Of a stretch of 64,000 bases of DNA, positions 62,122 through 64,000 are shown in pieces. The notes under the pieces were generated by a model, which was not told the DNA's origin, did no database searches, and was given only the letters and a program-made list of their open reading frames with translations. The position numbers were made by a program, and so were the translations under genes. How positions within the stretch are numbered: position 1 is the stretch's first letter; every line of letters begins with the position of its first letter. The DNA lies in contig CM102289.1 of NCBI GenBank assembly GCA_046563655.1, forward strand, positions 3,968,001 through 4,032,000, read 5' to 3'. Source of the stretch: Yuukianura sp. NJ FZ-2021 (lineage: Eukaryota).

Positions 62122-62395
62122 TAACCAAGATTTCTTGACTTTGGTTTTCTTTAACAGGTTAGGTAATACCTCATGTTTGTTTTGATTTTGCAAAAAAAAA
62201 ATGTAGTTTCACTTTAGCGCATCGTAGTTATAACAATAGAGCGGAAATTTTTAAATTTTGCATGCGAACTGGTAGAAATTTTTCGGATTGGTACTGAGAT
62301 TAGTACCAATTTTTGTTTTTCGTTTTTCAGTCAACAAGCGAGGTGGTACCCAACCTGTTGAAGAAAATTAACTTTTTATTGTCAAAGAATCTTGC
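62122..62395. mobile_element. Putative MITE with imperfect terminal inverted repeats
   Basis: TTTTCTTTAACAGGTTAGGTAATACCT (~62145-62171) is inverted relative to AGGTGGTACCCAACCTGTTGAAGAAAA (62341-62367). The segment 62288-62385 recurs in inverted form at 63905-64000. Confidence 0.55.
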
Positions 62396-62920
62396 TTTTG
62401 ACGATAAACTCTGTTAAACACTGTGCTAATTGGAGGAATGATACCATTTCGTTTTTGTTTACCTTTACAGGCTTGACAAAAATTAAAAACCAAAATTGGA
62501 TTTTCAATTTTATATTTTCTTTAGTACTTTTCCTTGTTAAAACTAAAAAAACTCGCGTCTATTCCACAAGTAATTATTCTGTTTAGATAAATTTTGAACT
62601 AAAGTCAATGACTCCTGTAAGACTTATCTATAGATAACGTTTTGTATAAAATACCATGCGCAGTTTTTTAACTGTTTCTGCTGGTAAAACATTTATCATT
62701 CGACAAGTTAACGACAATTGACTAACTTGTTTCTTGCTTTGAGGCATGTCTGTTAGAGCATTTAAACGTATACTTCGTCGGAATTTTAAAGAAAGTATTC
62801 CGTTCAAAAGCAAGTCAAATTTTCGAGTACAGCCTGACTTTCTTTAATGACTTATAAGTTTCTTATATATAATATTAATAACATATTAATTTTTCATCAC
62901 TTCACTTTCTACTTTAACAG

Positions 62921-64000
62921 CAAGAGGAAAACCTTGTTGTGATTGACACTGATGCTGGGACAGACGATGCATGGGGTCTCTTCATGGCTGTGCGGGCGCA
63001 TCAAGATACGCTAAATCCGCTGCGTATCCTTGCAATCACAACTACGCATGGCAATACTACTGTGGACAACGTTACTATAAATGTCACTCGGACTCTACAA
63101 ACTGTCAACGAATCCACGGTAAATACAATTTACTAAACCAAACTTAATTCTGTGACTTAAATGTTATTGAATTAAGTAGAAATTAGTAGTAGCTTATATA
63201 GAAAAAGTCCTTTCAACATAATCTGTAATTTTAGATTCCGATATTCCGCGGTGCAACCGCTCCGTTGACTGTTCCGTTAATTCTAGATGGACCGCCGTAT
63301 CATGGAGAAGATGGTTTTGGAGATGCAGATTTACCACCACTAGATCCTGTTCTGGCAGAAGGACATGCAGTAACCGCACTCATCAACATTGCACAACAAT
63401 ATCCAGGCAAAACATAACGCTTTTGAAAATTGTTAAAAATTTCTGTTAAACGTCGGTTTCAATTTTTAAGGCTCCGTCACTGTATTGGCGCTTGGCCCGC
63501 TAACAAACTTGGCATTGGCAATTCGACTCAAGCCAGAAATAAATTTTAAACAACTATTTATCATGGGTGGTAATTATCTAGGTATTTAAAAAAATTAAAA
63601 TACGTCGGAAGCATTGCCTTTTTAGACTGATCCAGCTCAACTAATGTTGATTAATTCAATGTAATATTTCACAAATTGTTGTGCTTGGGTGTGTTACTCA
63701 GGTGAAGGGAACACTACGCCTGGGGGTGAATTTAATTTTCTTGCCGACGCAGAAGCCGCGCGTACCACTCTGGAAAACTACACATGCCCAATACTTGTTG
63801 CCCCTTGGGAGACATGCCTCAATTACGGAACGACGACAAAGGTAACTCCTCTCCTCATGTAAACCCTAATTTGCTATAGCTTTAGTCTTTACTAACAAGG
63901 TTTGTTGACAACGAAAAGTTAATTTTCTTTAACAGGTTGGGTACTACCTTGCTTGTTGACAGAAAAAGGGGGAAAAAATTGGTACCTATTTTAGTACCAA
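62921..64000 (+). CDS. Inosine-uridine-preferring nucleoside hydrolase (start exon not identified; 3' end beyond window)
   Basis: [66 protein letters not shown]. Confidence 0.92.
63893..64000. mobile_element. Second copy of the putative MITE, intronic, truncated by window end
   Basis: TTGACAACGAAAAGTTAATTTTCTTTAACAGGTTGGGTACTACCTTGCTTGTTGAC closely matches the reverse complement of 62330-62385. Confidence 0.55.

Noticed and set aside
1..64000. tRNA, rRNA or other structured ncRNA genes
   Set aside because: None were recognised by eye. A tRNAscan-SE/Infernal run would be needed to exclude them.

Overview
AT-rich, gene-dense eukaryotic DNA with many short (~55-110 nt) GT-AG introns, so the ORF track shows exon fragments. 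All gene models below were spliced by eye. Gene content points to an arthropod, probably a non-insect pancrustacean such as a springtail or crustacean (inference). About 24 genes can be reconstructed: an NKCC cotransporter, troponin C, two cytochrome-b5-fused front-end desaturases, a serine carboxypeptidase, a scramblase-like gene with lesions, a secreted prophenoloxidase/hemocyanin-family protein, an LRR protein, an FMRFamide-receptor-like GPCR with a large ectodomain, a DEAH helicase, a DCR2/PAP-type metallophosphoesterase whose last intron holds two nested DNA transposons, a CYP2-clan P450, two WS/DGAT-like acyltransferases, AIFM3-like, a nucleoside hydrolase (truncated by the window) and several orphans. 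Top candidates for novelty: (1) a head-to-head pair of ~180-190 aa two-TM proteins that look like CD36/SR-B receptors with most of the ectodomain removed; (2) a bacterial-type UDP-glycosyltransferase fused in frame to a bacterial-type GNAT acetyltransferase, next to a P450; (3) a toxin/AMP-like 8-Cys prepropeptide; (4) a desaturase duplicate with HIEHH instead of QIEHH; (5) a signal-peptide-bearing PPO-like protein with an E-to-Q change near CuB. No database searches were run, and family assignments rest on motif recognition.
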